Assembly (NCBI GenBank): GCA_903834765.1
Contig: CAILKE010000016.1
Coordinates: 2,686 to 66,685 of the forward strand
Direction of reading: 5' to 3'
DNA: 64,000 nt
Source: an uncultured Bacteroidota bacterium
GTDB taxonomy: Bacteria > Bacteroidota > Bacteroidia > B-17B0 > Aurantibacillaceae
The position numbers and the translations under genes were made by a program. Within the stretch, counting starts at the first letter, position 1. Each line of letters begins with the position of its first letter. The notes under the pieces are model-generated. The model had not been told where the DNA came from. It saw only the letters and a program-made list of their open reading frames with translations, and did not search any database. Shown piece by piece: positions 36,223 to 45,758 of this stretch.

Positions 36223-38124
36223 TTAATGTGCCTCTAACCAATTATCACCATACCCAATATCTACCTTTAGAGGGACTAATAATTCTGCTGCACTTTCCAT
36301 GACTCTTTTAAGCATAGGGATTAGAGTATCTAATTCTTTTTTTGGAACGTCTAATACAATCTCATCATGAACAGATAAAACCATCTTAGCTTTATAACCA
36401 CCGCGTTCTAATTCATTAAACACATTGATCATTGCTTTTTTAATTATATCCGCAGATGTCCCTTGTATAGGAGTATTTACCGCCATGCGTTTAGCTGCTG
36501 TACGTTTAGATTTGTTTTGGGAGTCAATTTCTTTAATGTATCGTCGTCTTCCGAATAATGTAGTACTATAACCGTTAATCGTTGCTAAATAGTACGCCTC
36601 CTCATGGTAATTTCTGACACCTGCAAATCCTTCAAAATAACTATCCATGTATTCTTTCGCTTTCTCAACATCTACCTCTTCTCCAGTTTCATCAGCAATA
36701 CGTTCAGCTAAAGTTTTAGCAGACATAAGATAATTTAAACCAAAGTTGATTGTCTTTGCAACCTTTCGTCTTTTATCATCTTTACCAATTTCTTCTATAG
36801 GTGCACCAAATACTTTAGAAGCAGTAGCAGTATGTATATCTAAGCCAGCTTTAAACGCCTTTATCATATCAGGGTCTTTAGAGTAGTGAGCAATAACACG
36901 AAGCTCAATCTGTGAATAATCAGCAGATACAATAACATGATCTGCATCAGTAGGAATAAATACTTTACGTATTTGTTTTCCAAAACCTTCGTGCTGATGC
37001 GGTATGTTTTGCAGGTTGGGATTAGATGAACTTAAACGTCCAGTAACAACACGCGCTTGTCTAAAATTACTGTGTATTTTATTCGTATCAGGATGAATGT
37101 TATTCGGTAATTTACTTAAGAAACTATTTTTAATTGAAGAAATAGCTTTGTATTTAAGTATTAATGACACTACTGGATGATCATGTTTTAATTTTAGTAA
37201 TGTTTTTTTACTAGTGCTTAATTCACCTGTTTTGGTTTTTATGTCGCTGACTAATTGTAGTTCATCAAACAACACCTCTCGTAAATCCTGATTAGAATTT
37301 ATATTAAACTCAGCACCAACTAAATCAAATATCTGTTGCTGTAATATTTCTAATTCAACATCAGCCTCCATATCAAGAATAAGTAAAGCATCGTAATCAA
37401 TATTGACACCAGTATATTCCATATCTGCTAACACTTTAACTAAAGGCATTTCAATGGTTTCAAATAAAGTGTCAATACCCATTTTACTTAGAATAGGTTC
37501 TAAATGATGTTGAAGTTGTAATGTTTGGTCGGTATCCTCAGAAGCATAAACAGCAGCCTCTTCAATCGAAACTTCTCTCATGGATAGCTGTGTTTTACCT
37601 GTTCCAATTAAATCTGAAATTTCTATTTGCTGGTAGTTCAATAACTCTTTAGATAGTTCCTTTAATCCATGCTTAGCATCACCATCGATTAAATAGTGAG
37701 CAATCATTGTATCAAACAGTTTACCGTTAACAGCTATGTCATATCTGCGTAGAACATTAATATCAAATTTTAAATTATGGCCGGTTTTTGATATAGTTGG
37801 ATTTTCAAAATACGGTTTGTAGGGTAGGAGTAGTTGCTGAGCTTGTGCAGGGTCTTCGGGAACAGGTAAGTAGTATGATTCGTTAGCATTAAATGCAAAT
37901 GAAATACCAACTAATTGTAATGAATGAATGGTTAATGCAGAACCTGATTCGGTTGCACCAGTTTCAGTATCGAATGTGAAACTGGTGCAGTTTTGAAGTT
38001 CACTAAGTAATTGCTGTTTTATTTCCTCAGAATCTACCACCATATAAGAGTAGTTTACATCGGCAAGTGTTTTATATACATCAGTTACATTAGGGGTCAA
38101 TCGCATTATCCTCTTCCTGAACAC
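36223..38124 (-). CDS. Family A DNA polymerase (3'-5' exonuclease + polymerase domains, phage/plasmid type, no 5' nuclease)
   Basis: Exo motifs 'FDTETG', 'GHNLKFD', 'YASEDT'. Pol motifs 'TGRLSSSNPNLQNIP', 'DYSQIELRV', 'RRKVAKTINFGLNYLMS', 'SVHDEIVLD'. The start may be the internal M7 (38106). Confidence 0.92.
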   Translation of the reverse strand: MFRKRIMRLTPNVTDVYKTLADVNYSYMVVDSEEIKQQLLSELQNCTSFTFDTETGATESGSALTIHSLQLVGISFAFNANESYYLPVPEDPAQAQQLLLPYKPYFENPTISKTGHNLKFDINVLRRYDIAVNGKLFDTMIAHYLIDGDAKHGLKELSKELLNYQQIEISDLIGTGKTQLSMREVSIEEAAVYASEDTDQTLQLQHHLEPILSKMGIDTLFETIEMPLVKVLADMEYTGVNIDYDALLILDMEADVELEILQQQIFDLVGAEFNINSNQDLREVLFDELQLVSDIKTKTGELSTSKKTLLKLKHDHPVVSLILKYKAISSIKNSFLSKLPNNIHPDTNKIHSNFRQARVVTGRLSSSNPNLQNIPHQHEGFGKQIRKVFIPTDADHVIVSADYSQIELRVIAHYSKDPDMIKAFKAGLDIHTATASKVFGAPIEEIGKDDKRRKVAKTINFGLNYLMSAKTLAERIADETGEEVDVEKAKEYMDSYFEGFAGVRNYHEEAYYLATINGYSTTLFGRRRYIKEIDSQNKSKRTAAKRMAVNTPIQGTSADIIKKAMINVFNELERGGYKAKMVLSVHDEIVLDVPKKELDTLIPMLKRVMESAAELLVPLKVDIGYGDNWLEAH

Positions 38125-39331
38125 TTGATAAATCTACATGTATCACACGTTTGGTATTAGCTGGCTTTTCTTCATAAGCAATACCACGGTACTTTAAATA
38201 TTTGTGAACCTTCATCATAAATTTATTTTGAGACGGATAATATTTTTGTAAACCATAATGGCTTTTTACAAAATCATCATACAAATCTTTTTTATTCCAC
38301 TTCTCAGCACCTGATAGTACCTTCTCATCTAAAAAGTCTTTAAGGTCACTACCACCTAATTCACCTATAAGTTTACGAAGAGCTGCATTAATTTGTGGCG
38401 GTTGTATAATTCCTTTTTTTAAATACAACTGAGTGCAATTAATAAAAAAATTAAACATGTGATTAAAATCTTCGTTATTCCATTCTTGAAAAAACTCACG
38501 TCCGAACTCCTGCATTGGTTTTAGAGCAGAGCCATAGTATGACGAAACTTCAAACTCAACCTTACGTCTTTCTGAACTATTGCCTGCAATACATTTAACA
38601 GGGAAGTTAGATGAAATGATAATTTTAGGTGTACGTTCCTTTGGAATTTTAAACGCTGCTTTGTTTTTTTGGTTAACCTCTAAACCAGCAGATACAATAC
38701 TAAAACAAAATTCAAAAGATGTGTGTCTGTCTAGATCATCAATAAACATTATTTCGGTATCTAAATCCAAACGTTGAAACCTGAAGTCCCCACCTGGTTT
38801 AAAATCCTTGCCGTCAATATCTATCATGTTTCTAATTAACCCTAGAGCCAAACATATCGTTGTTTTTCCTGTGCCGCCTTGGGCCTCTTCGGTTCCATTA
38901 ATAGTTTCATCAAGGAAGCATGGTACTACAGTTAAAGATGGCGACCAGTAGCGGTGTAATATATAGCCGATAATAGTTTGTAAGGCTTCAAATCGTTTTT
39001 CATCTTTATTACATACTCTAAAGCAGAACTCTTTAAAATCGCCTAATGATACGCCAACGCCAAGTAAATTAATATCGTAAGGTTTAACTTGTTTCATCCA
39101 AATAAAACCGTCCAGTTCTTTATAATCCATTAAGTTTATGCCATCAGCAGTAACTTTTACAACACCATTTTTAAAATAAAAAAAGCTTTCTTTTTTAGTA
39201 TCATAATGAAAAGATATTTCTTTAATACCAAGTAATCTAAGCTTAGGTACATTGATGTATTTATCAATACCTCTAACTAGTACGTTTATTAAATGATTCT
39301 TCTCGAAACCATAAATTGAAAAATCATCCAC
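38090..39331 (-). CDS. P-loop NTPase, D5/P4-like (SF3) replicative helicase candidate; same frame as the upstream ORF across a single TGA
   Basis: 'FFYFKNGVVKVTADG' (D5_N-like), Walker A 'QGGTGKTT', Walker B 'IMFIDDLD'. The track start is GTG. 36 sense codons lie open upstream, back to the TGA at 39440..39442. Confidence 0.65.
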   Translation of the reverse strand: MDDFSIYGFEKNHLINVLVRGIDKYINVPKLRLLGIKEISFHYDTKKESFFYFKNGVVKVTADGINLMDYKELDGFIWMKQVKPYDINLLGVGVSLGDFKEFCFRVCNKDEKRFEALQTIIGYILHRYWSPSLTVVPCFLDETINGTEEAQGGTGKTTICLALGLIRNMIDIDGKDFKPGGDFRFQRLDLDTEIMFIDDLDRHTSFEFCFSIVSAGLEVNQKNKAAFKIPKERTPKIIISSNFPVKCIAGNSSERRKVEFEVSSYYGSALKPMQEFGREFFQEWNNEDFNHMFNFFINCTQLYLKKGIIQPPQINAALRKLIGELGGSDLKDFLDEKVLSGAEKWNKKDLYDDFVKSHYGLQKYYPSQNKFMMKVHKYLKYRGIAYEEKPANTKRVIHVDLSSVQEEDNAIDP

Positions 39332-39439
39332 CTCATTTTGAATGAACTGATATACATGATCAGTAATATCAGTGATGTCAACGTCTTGAACTTTTTTGCC
39401 ATGAATTTTAACAAGTCGTTTTTTATCTTCAATTTTCAG

Positions 39440-39748
39440 TCAGCAAAAACCTTTGTCACGTAAATGAATTAGTAATCCTTCATGGTGTATTGTAATTTCC
39501 TTTTTTGAGATTTGCCAAAAATCACCGAAAACGGTTTTTGATTCAGGTTCTATGACTTCAATTGTAGTAGGTGTAGTTTGATCTGTTGGTTCCGTTGTTG
39601 TTTCTGATTCAGGAATTATTACATCAGCAGTTGCTTGTGTAGTTAGATCTACTGGTTCATTTGTTATTCCTGATTCAGGTGTTACAGCATAATCAAATGT
39701 TGGTTTAGTTTGGTCATCTGACCCTGTTGAGTTTTTTGGAGTTTCCAT
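39440..39748 (-). CDS. Thr/Glu/Pro-rich ORF, probably the N-terminal part of the helicase gene
   Basis: 102 aa ending 'LIHLRDKGFC*'. In frame with 38090..39331. Confidence 0.4.
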   Translation of the reverse strand: METPKNSTGSDDQTKPTFDYAVTPESGITNEPVDLTTQATADVIIPESETTTEPTDQTTPTTIEVIEPESKTVFGDFWQISKKEITIHHEGLLIHLRDKGFC

Positions 39749-39787
39749 TTTAAATTGTTTTTTAAATTAATTAATAAGGTAAATGTT

Positions 39788-39807
39788 GGGCAGGCTATTG
39801 CCTGCCC
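39788..39807 (-). terminator. GC-rich hairpin downstream of the DUF3127-like gene
   Basis: gggcaggc-tatt-gcctgccc (8-bp stem), conspicuous in AT-rich DNA. The T-tract is weak. Confidence 0.4.
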
Positions 39808-39816
39808 AAAGGCACT

Positions 39817-40155
39817 TTACACTTTTTCTGTTAAGGTTTCTTTTGTGTTTTCTACTTTAGTAACTACTAAATCAGTAACTACTATTTCAATACTGGACGT
39901 TCTTAATACATTAAAGCATTTAGTTTGACCATCTTTCGCTGTGTAAGATTTACCGTGAATTTCAAAAGTTACTTCTACGATACTATTTAATGGTATCGCA
40001 TCTAGTTTTTTAATATCATTGCCGAGTATTTCAAATGATAAATTTGGATAAGCACCGGGGCTCAGTCGAGATACTATGAATTCTTTTTTGGTCAATTTGC
40101 TACTGAATTCTTGAAATGCTCCTACATGAAATAGGATTCCTTTAATTTTAAACAT
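39817..40155 (-). CDS. DUF3127-like OB-fold protein (putative ssDNA-binding)
   Basis: 112 aa. 'MFKIKGILFHVGAFQEFSSKLTKKEFIV...LSFEILGNDIKKLD...VEVTFEIHGKSY' matches the layout of DUF3127 proteins in Bacteroidota phages and elements. Confidence 0.55.
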   Translation of the reverse strand: MFKIKGILFHVGAFQEFSSKLTKKEFIVSRLSPGAYPNLSFEILGNDIKKLDAIPLNSIVEVTFEIHGKSYTAKDGQTKCFNVLRTSSIEIVVTDLVVTKVENTKETLTEKV

Positions 40156-40198
40156 GTTGTTTTGTTTTTTAATTGTTAGACATTACTTTAATTTATAT

Positions 40199-40221
40199 GC
40201 GCCTGCTTTCAGTGCAGGCGC
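40199..40221 (-). terminator. GC-rich hairpin downstream of 40234..40929
   Basis: gcgcctgc-tttcagt-gcaggcgc (8-bp stem). Confidence 0.4.
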
Positions 40222-40233
40222 ATAATGGTTACA

Positions 40234-40929
40234 TTATCCGATAAGGAGTTTTGCCACCTGTAACTTTAATACTTTACCTTTTGCAGGTAATGCTATTGCT
40301 TTTTCAGCCTCTGTTTTAGGGAAATAAAGTGCTCGACGTGAACCTTTACTCTCACCTTTAAGTACATAACCAACTAGGTGTTTACCGTTTACTAAAACAA
40401 GGGTTGCTTGGTCTCTGTGCTTAGTGCCATAAAACCTAAAACCAGAAAAACCTAATTCAACCATAGTTGAACCTATTAATCCACCTTCTGAAGCTTTGTC
40501 GCTATTACGTCCTATCGGAAGTATAATAAAGGTTCCATTTTTTGGCTGGTATGTTTTAACAGCTCTCGTTAAATCCGTATTAGCCACGAACCTTGAGCCA
40601 CTTCCTCTGCCTGCTGAATCAACAGTTTCAAAAACAACATTTTCGTTAATGAAGTCGAACTTTGCAGCATCAAGATAAGGCATTTCAATGCCACCATCGG
40701 TTTGATGATTAAGCGGTATGTTACGTACAGGTAATTCCTCTGAAATAGGATTTATCTGATTTGTAACATTTGAAGCTACACTTACCTCCTGCACGTTATT
40801 AGTTAAAGCAGTACTGTCCGTTGCAGGGCTTTCAGGTGCTTTGTTTTCTACTGGTGTGTTATTTTCACTGCCAGTACTTTGGTTTTCGTCTACTACTGAT
40901 GAGTTGACCTCTTTTGTTTGTTCTTCCAT
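40234..40929 (-). CDS. Hypothetical protein (disordered N-terminus, structured C-terminus)
   Basis: 231-aa ORF within the replication module; no recognisable motif. Confidence 0.5.
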   Translation of the reverse strand: MEEQTKEVNSSVVDENQSTGSENNTPVENKAPESPATDSTALTNNVQEVSVASNVTNQINPISEELPVRNIPLNHQTDGGIEMPYLDAAKFDFINENVVFETVDSAGRGSGSRFVANTDLTRAVKTYQPKNGTFIILPIGRNSDKASEGGLIGSTMVELGFSGFRFYGTKHRDQATLVLVNGKHLVGYVLKGESKGSRRALYFPKTEAEKAIALPAKGKVLKLQVAKLLIG

Positions 40930-41019
40930 GATGGATTTTTTTAGTTATTATTTTATTTAATTTTCATTCAACGAATTGAATAGGTGGCGATTTATTTTTT
41001 AGCATCGTTAGGGCAATAT

Positions 41020-41718
41020 TTAAATGTTGGTTATTGATTTGCGTTTAAGCATCCATAGATTTTGCTGACAGTGTTCAGGGAAGAAAGGTGACATAAAACC
41101 TGAAAGCAGTTCAGGGCTATAGTATGGAGTTAACCCTTCATACATCTTTATCTGCCAATCATTCATAACAGGTTTAAAATCTTCAGTTGAACCTAATACA
41201 CCGAACTTATTTACTACTGAGAAGTAGGTTGTAATAAACTTATCTATGTCCTGAGCCGTTATTAAATCAGTAGATTTCGGAAGTAGTATGTAATAAGTAG
41301 CATCAGGGTTACCGCACATATAGAAGTTCTGCATGTAATAGTAAAGGTTGATTCTACTTATTGTATCAGGAACATTTAATGCAACAACTGTGTCTGCACC
41401 AATATTTGAGAAGGTGCTGTAATCATCACTTCCTGATGAAAGATCTGCTACTATGAATGTCGCCCAAGGCAGTTGTTTCCATTTGCTACTGTTAGCTTCA
41501 ATAATAGATGGGTTCGTGTCCATACCGATATAACTACCGATTGCAGTTCTATTCCGATATTCTAATTCTAAAAGGCCACCATCGCCGCATCCAAAATCAC
41601 ATACGCGTTCACCACCTCTTGCATTTTGTAAAATTGGTGACCATTGTAGGTATTTAATGAAATTTAAGATATTGTAAGCGTGATTGCTTAATAATTGTTT
41701 TTGTTCAGTTGTCTCCAT
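41020..41718 (-). CDS. Class I SAM-dependent methyltransferase
   Basis: Motif I 'VCDFGCGDGGLLE' and post-I 'YIGMD'. No DPPY/NPPF motif seen, so the substrate is unknown. Confidence 0.7.
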   Translation of the reverse strand: METTEQKQLLSNHAYNILNFIKYLQWSPILQNARGGERVCDFGCGDGGLLELEYRNRTAIGSYIGMDTNPSIIEANSSKWKQLPWATFIVADLSSGSDDYSTFSNIGADTVVALNVPDTISRINLYYYMQNFYMCGNPDATYYILLPKSTDLITAQDIDKFITTYFSVVNKFGVLGSTEDFKPVMNDWQIKMYEGLTPYYSPELLSGFMSPFFPEHCQQNLWMLKRKSITNI

Positions 41719-41870
41719 GTTGTTTTTTAAATTTTAATATTATTAGCTATAGGATTTCCCCCTACAAATTTTTCAATAATATTTCTGGAATTTTAAACGG
41801 TAGTGCTACAGAAGTACTACGGAAGTTTCTGCTACATTTTCTTTATTACCTTTGTGATAAAAAAAAACAC

Positions 41871-42953
41871 ATGACTAATTTTAGCCCAAACACACTATTA
41901 ACACAAATAAGTAACTATAAAAACGAGTTGTTTAAGAATAGCTGTAAGGAATTATTTCGTATTAATGATCTGTACGATAATGTAGATGGTACTACGAAAA
42001 TTGTAGGAAATAATTTTAATTATTTTATTCCTTTTTCTTTAGAGTTACAGGACTACGTTACAAATTATACAAATCAAGGCAATGAAGAGTTAAACTCACT
42101 ATTATTTGCTAACCTTAAATTTCTGAAACTAGAAATAGATAGAACTTGCACTGATGAACATATAACGCAACTAATAACTAACTTAAAAACAGATTTACTA
42201 AATAACGATGGACATTATATTGATATAGTCGATGAAGAAGGGGAGGTTCACACTTATATAGTCGACGAGGATGGGTATACATATTATACAGATCAAAGTC
42301 ATGAAGAATACTGTATCCAAATACTATTTAAAATTGCGTTAAAAAATATACGAGAAATGTTAGGAAATTACAGTAGTTACTTTGATGATAACTATTCGCT
42401 ACTACCGACAATAAAAGCAGAATCAGTATTTCCACCATTAGCTAATCTTAGTGTTAATCAACTTACATTTAATTGTGCTATCTCTATACCACATAAACTC
42501 TACTGGGACGAAGAAATAATAAAATTTGAAAGTTTCTTCAGTAAAAAAAATATAGTTCAAAATATAACACTTATGAATGGTGAAGTAGACAGAGTTAAGA
42601 TTTTGTCAATTTTAAAAGAAGTGTTTTTAGTTGGAAATTTTGGTGGGATGTTAAAAAATGATGACAATACTGGTTCTGTAGACAATAGACCTTTTATGAT
42701 TTCAGAGGGATTAAAATGGAATGGTGGAGCACCTTTATTTGCAAATACATTTTCAGAATTAATAAAATTTGAAAATAGAAAGTCAACAAGTAACACTACC
42801 GTGTTTTGTAATTTTAGTAAAACAGGAGTTCGTGATACAATTGTAAAAGTTTTGTATTTCCTATTTTATATTGATAAACAAACGGGAGAAAGGATTGCAC
42901 CTTCATATCTGAAACAAGCATTTAAGGATTATGAAGCAGATCAAGGTTTGTAA
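41871..42953 (+). CDS. Hypothetical protein
   Basis: I prefer the ATG at 41871 ('MTNFSPNTLL'). The track's N-terminal 54 aa look like translated promoter DNA. Followed by a clean terminator. Confidence 0.55.
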   Translation: MTNFSPNTLLTQISNYKNELFKNSCKELFRINDLYDNVDGTTKIVGNNFNYFIPFSLELQDYVTNYTNQGNEELNSLLFANLKFLKLEIDRTCTDEHITQLITNLKTDLLNNDGHYIDIVDEEGEVHTYIVDEDGYTYYTDQSHEEYCIQILFKIALKNIREMLGNYSSYFDDNYSLLPTIKAESVFPPLANLSVNQLTFNCAISIPHKLYWDEEIIKFESFFSKKNIVQNITLMNGEVDRVKILSILKEVFLVGNFGGMLKNDDNTGSVDNRPFMISEGLKWNGGAPLFANTFSELIKFENRKSTSNTTVFCNFSKTGVRDTIVKVLYFLFYIDKQTGERIAPSYLKQAFKDYEADQGL

Positions 42954-43004
42954 TATTTATTTTGAAAAATCAGAATTACCCTAACCGCTGTCATACAACT
43001 TCCG

Positions 43005-43034
43005 AAGCGCTACTGTATAGGTAGCGCTTTTTTT
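43005..43034 (+). terminator. Rho-independent terminator
   Basis: aagcgctac-tgtatag-gtagcgctt followed by ttttt. Confidence 0.7.
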
Positions 43035-43052
43035 ATGCTATAATTTTATCCT

Positions 43053-43967
43053 ATGAATAATAACATGGATATAGCTAAAGGGCATCAGATGCCAATTCAG
43101 CCGGAGATTACCGCCGAACAAAATCAGGTAATGGAAATAACTCCAGTCGAAGGCCTCCCAATTGTAGACGTTTTAGAAGAATGTAAAAAAAGGATTCGGG
43201 ATATGAATATATCGCAATTACTTTTAAGTCTGAAAGAGAAACAAGTTTGTTTTTACTCCAATGGTAGTTGGGTTATTGCAAATGAGGAATTATTAATTGA
43301 CCTTATTGCTGATACAATTGTTGATCCAAAAGTAATTTCAGTTTTATGTAATGTTATTCCTTCAGTAATTGAATTTAGTGATTTAAACGGGGAGCTAGTT
43401 TTTAAACTAGATAAAAATTTAAATGATATTGAGAATATTGTTATGGATATTGTTAATGAATTTGATTTTGATACAACCGCATTTGAGCTAAGAGGACATC
43501 GAATAGATTTTGGTTTGAATAAAACTGAAAGTTTCACGATAAAAGAAGATTTAATAATCGCTGCAAAAAGCACACTATATGAATTGTTTTGTTCTGAAAA
43601 ACTATGGTGTAATCAGGTTGTTAAAACTTTTGATATTATTAAAACTGGCATAGTAGATAGAGGTCATTTCATTGCCCAAAGAGATATTAATAAAATTGAA
43701 TTGTTGTTTGCTTTTACAGATTTAAGCGCTGATGATGCAAATGATATTGAATCTATTCGTGTAGAATATAATAAAAAAGAAATTGGAGATTGGAAATGTA
43801 CCAATTACATTTTAGCACTTGAAGATATTCAATGTTATGTTGCAAATGGTAGATACTCAAATATTCAGGATTGTATAAGGAATAGCCATTTTCAAAATTG
43901 TAACATTGAGGATCAAGAACAACTGAATGATATGGCTAGTTTGTATTTATATAAGCCTGAACAATAA
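43053..43967 (+). CDS. Hypothetical protein
   Basis: 304-aa ORF; no motif. Confidence 0.5.
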   Translation: MNNNMDIAKGHQMPIQPEITAEQNQVMEITPVEGLPIVDVLEECKKRIRDMNISQLLLSLKEKQVCFYSNGSWVIANEELLIDLIADTIVDPKVISVLCNVIPSVIEFSDLNGELVFKLDKNLNDIENIVMDIVNEFDFDTTAFELRGHRIDFGLNKTESFTIKEDLIIAAKSTLYELFCSEKLWCNQVVKTFDIIKTGIVDRGHFIAQRDINKIELLFAFTDLSADDANDIESIRVEYNKKEIGDWKCTNYILALEDIQCYVANGRYSNIQDCIRNSHFQNCNIEDQEQLNDMASLYLYKPEQ

Positions 43968-44009
43968 ATATCAAATTCATAATCCTATTATTTTATACAG
44001 CAACAGAAG

Positions 44010-44357
44010 GTGTTTTTCAACGACTGTTGCTATTGTATAATTTATTCCAATCAAACAAAAAGCATAAGATTGCTTAACGATAATAACATAAACAACGTCA
44101 TTGATAAACTAAATGCTCTACAGGCATCAGTGAATATTATTGACGAAAAGTTACAGAAGCTTCAAAAAGAGAGGATCACTTTTGGTGAGTGGGTTTCTGA
44201 AAAAGAAGTTATTGCTGTAACAGGTTTGTCACGTGCTACATTACTAAAACTGCGAAATACAGGTAAAGTAAGTAGCAGTACAATTTCCGGCAAACAGCTT
44301 TATTATCGCTTAAGTGACTTTAAAAAATTATTAGATAAAAACGAATTAGAAATGTAA
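44010..44357 (+). CDS. Excisionase-like helix-turn-helix protein
   Basis: 'EWVSEKEVIAVTGLSRATLLKLRNTGKVSSSTISGKQLYYRLSDFKKLL' is the MerR/excisionase-type HTH usually found just upstream of Bacteroidota integrases. The true start is probably downstream of the GTG at 44010. Confidence 0.6.
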   Translation: MFFNDCCYCIIYSNQTKSIRLLNDNNINNVIDKLNALQASVNIIDEKLQKLQKERITFGEWVSEKEVIAVTGLSRATLLKLRNTGKVSSSTISGKQLYYRLSDFKKLLDKNELEM

Positions 44358-44358
44358 C

Positions 44359-45627
44359 ATGGAATTAATACAAAGCATACCAATGTCAATAAAGTTTACT
44401 TTGGAGAAATCTAGAGATAAAAGTAAAGATGTGTACTGGGTTTATGCTCGGATAATTTGTAAAAGAGAACGAGTATTAATCTCTTTAAAAATGGAAGCAC
44501 AAATAGATGACTGGGATTTCGCAAACCATCAATTTGTTCAATCTAAAAAAATAAACCTAGTTAAAAATAATAAGTTGCGTTCAATTGCTGATGAGTTAAC
44601 GCAAATCTACCTTGACTTAAAACGTACAGGTTCACCAATTTCATCTAAAGTAATTAAGAATATCTACAATGGAGATATAACACAATCATCTGATGTTGAG
44701 TTTATGACGTTTTATAACAAACACTTAGAAGAACTCAAGCTAAAAACAAATGAATATACAGATGGGGTTATAGGGCATTATGTTAAAACACAAACTCATT
44801 TAGTGAGATTCTTAAAGCTGAACGGCCTCTCAAAAATTAAAATGAATGAATTAAGCAGAAAATTTATAGAGCGTTTTGAGAACTATTTATTGAGTACACC
44901 TAATGCACACACCGGTAGACCTATGAATTCTAATACATCTGCTACATACATTAGAAAATTAAGAGCTACTATAAATGCTGCATATAAAATGGAAGTGATA
45001 CCAACTAATCCGTTTGTTAGTTTCAAAATGCATCCAATTAAGTCTGCAAATAAAACTGTATTATCACAAGAAGAACTTGATGTCCTAAATAGTCATGCTT
45101 TAGATGATAATTTTGCTTTAGATAAAGCAAGAAAAATGTTTTTATTTTGTTGTGCAACTGGCTTACGTCACTCCGATGCTACGCAACTTCATAATGACAT
45201 GATTAGAAAAGATGAGGATGGTGTTTATTGGATTTCTATGAGTCAACAAAAAACAGGTGACAATGTTGAAATACCACTTTCTAACATAGCTGAAAAAATT
45301 TACCATGAGTTTGAAGCACACCGCATAGCAACTGGATTTGCCTTACCAATGCTGAGCAATCAAAAATCTAATGATGCATTAAAAGCTATATCTAAAAAAG
45401 TAGAAATAAATAAAAACATAAGCTGGCACGTTGCGAGGCATACATTCGCTACCAATAGTTTGAATCATGGTGTTGATATAGCAGCAGTAAGTAGTTTAAT
45501 GGGTCATCGTACAATTAAAACAACTCAAATCTATGGTAAGGTAACACGTAAGCGTAAAGCTGATGTAATTAAGTTTTTAAATGCAAAAACAGCGGTAGCA
45601 AAACCTAAAAAGAAAAATGGAAAGTAG
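44359..45627 (+). CDS. int: Tyrosine-type site-specific integrase (Arm-binding N-terminus + SAM-like + catalytic domain)
   Basis: 'GLRHSDA' (R), 'WHVARHTFAT' (HxxR), 'LMGHRTIKTTQIYGKV' (H...Y). Confidence 0.92.
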   Translation: MELIQSIPMSIKFTLEKSRDKSKDVYWVYARIICKRERVLISLKMEAQIDDWDFANHQFVQSKKINLVKNNKLRSIADELTQIYLDLKRTGSPISSKVIKNIYNGDITQSSDVEFMTFYNKHLEELKLKTNEYTDGVIGHYVKTQTHLVRFLKLNGLSKIKMNELSRKFIERFENYLLSTPNAHTGRPMNSNTSATYIRKLRATINAAYKMEVIPTNPFVSFKMHPIKSANKTVLSQEELDVLNSHALDDNFALDKARKMFLFCCATGLRHSDATQLHNDMIRKDEDGVYWISMSQQKTGDNVEIPLSNIAEKIYHEFEAHRIATGFALPMLSNQKSNDALKAISKKVEINKNISWHVARHTFATNSLNHGVDIAAVSSLMGHRTIKTTQIYGKVTRKRKADVIKFLNAKTAVAKPKKKNGK

Positions 45628-45758
45628 GCTCTTATAGTATTATTTAATTAAAATCTAAAAAATCGAAGTTAAGTTAATGTATAGTATCAATCTTTAATAT
45701 TCTTTTTGTTTTTACCGTATATTTAACTGATTCATTGCTTCTTTTCATTTTGTTAATT

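Noticed and set aside
41709-41870. N-terminal 54-aa extension of ORF 41709..42953
   Set aside because: The extension overlaps the divergent methyltransferase start and reads like translated AT-rich promoter DNA. The ATG at 41871 gives a sensible start.
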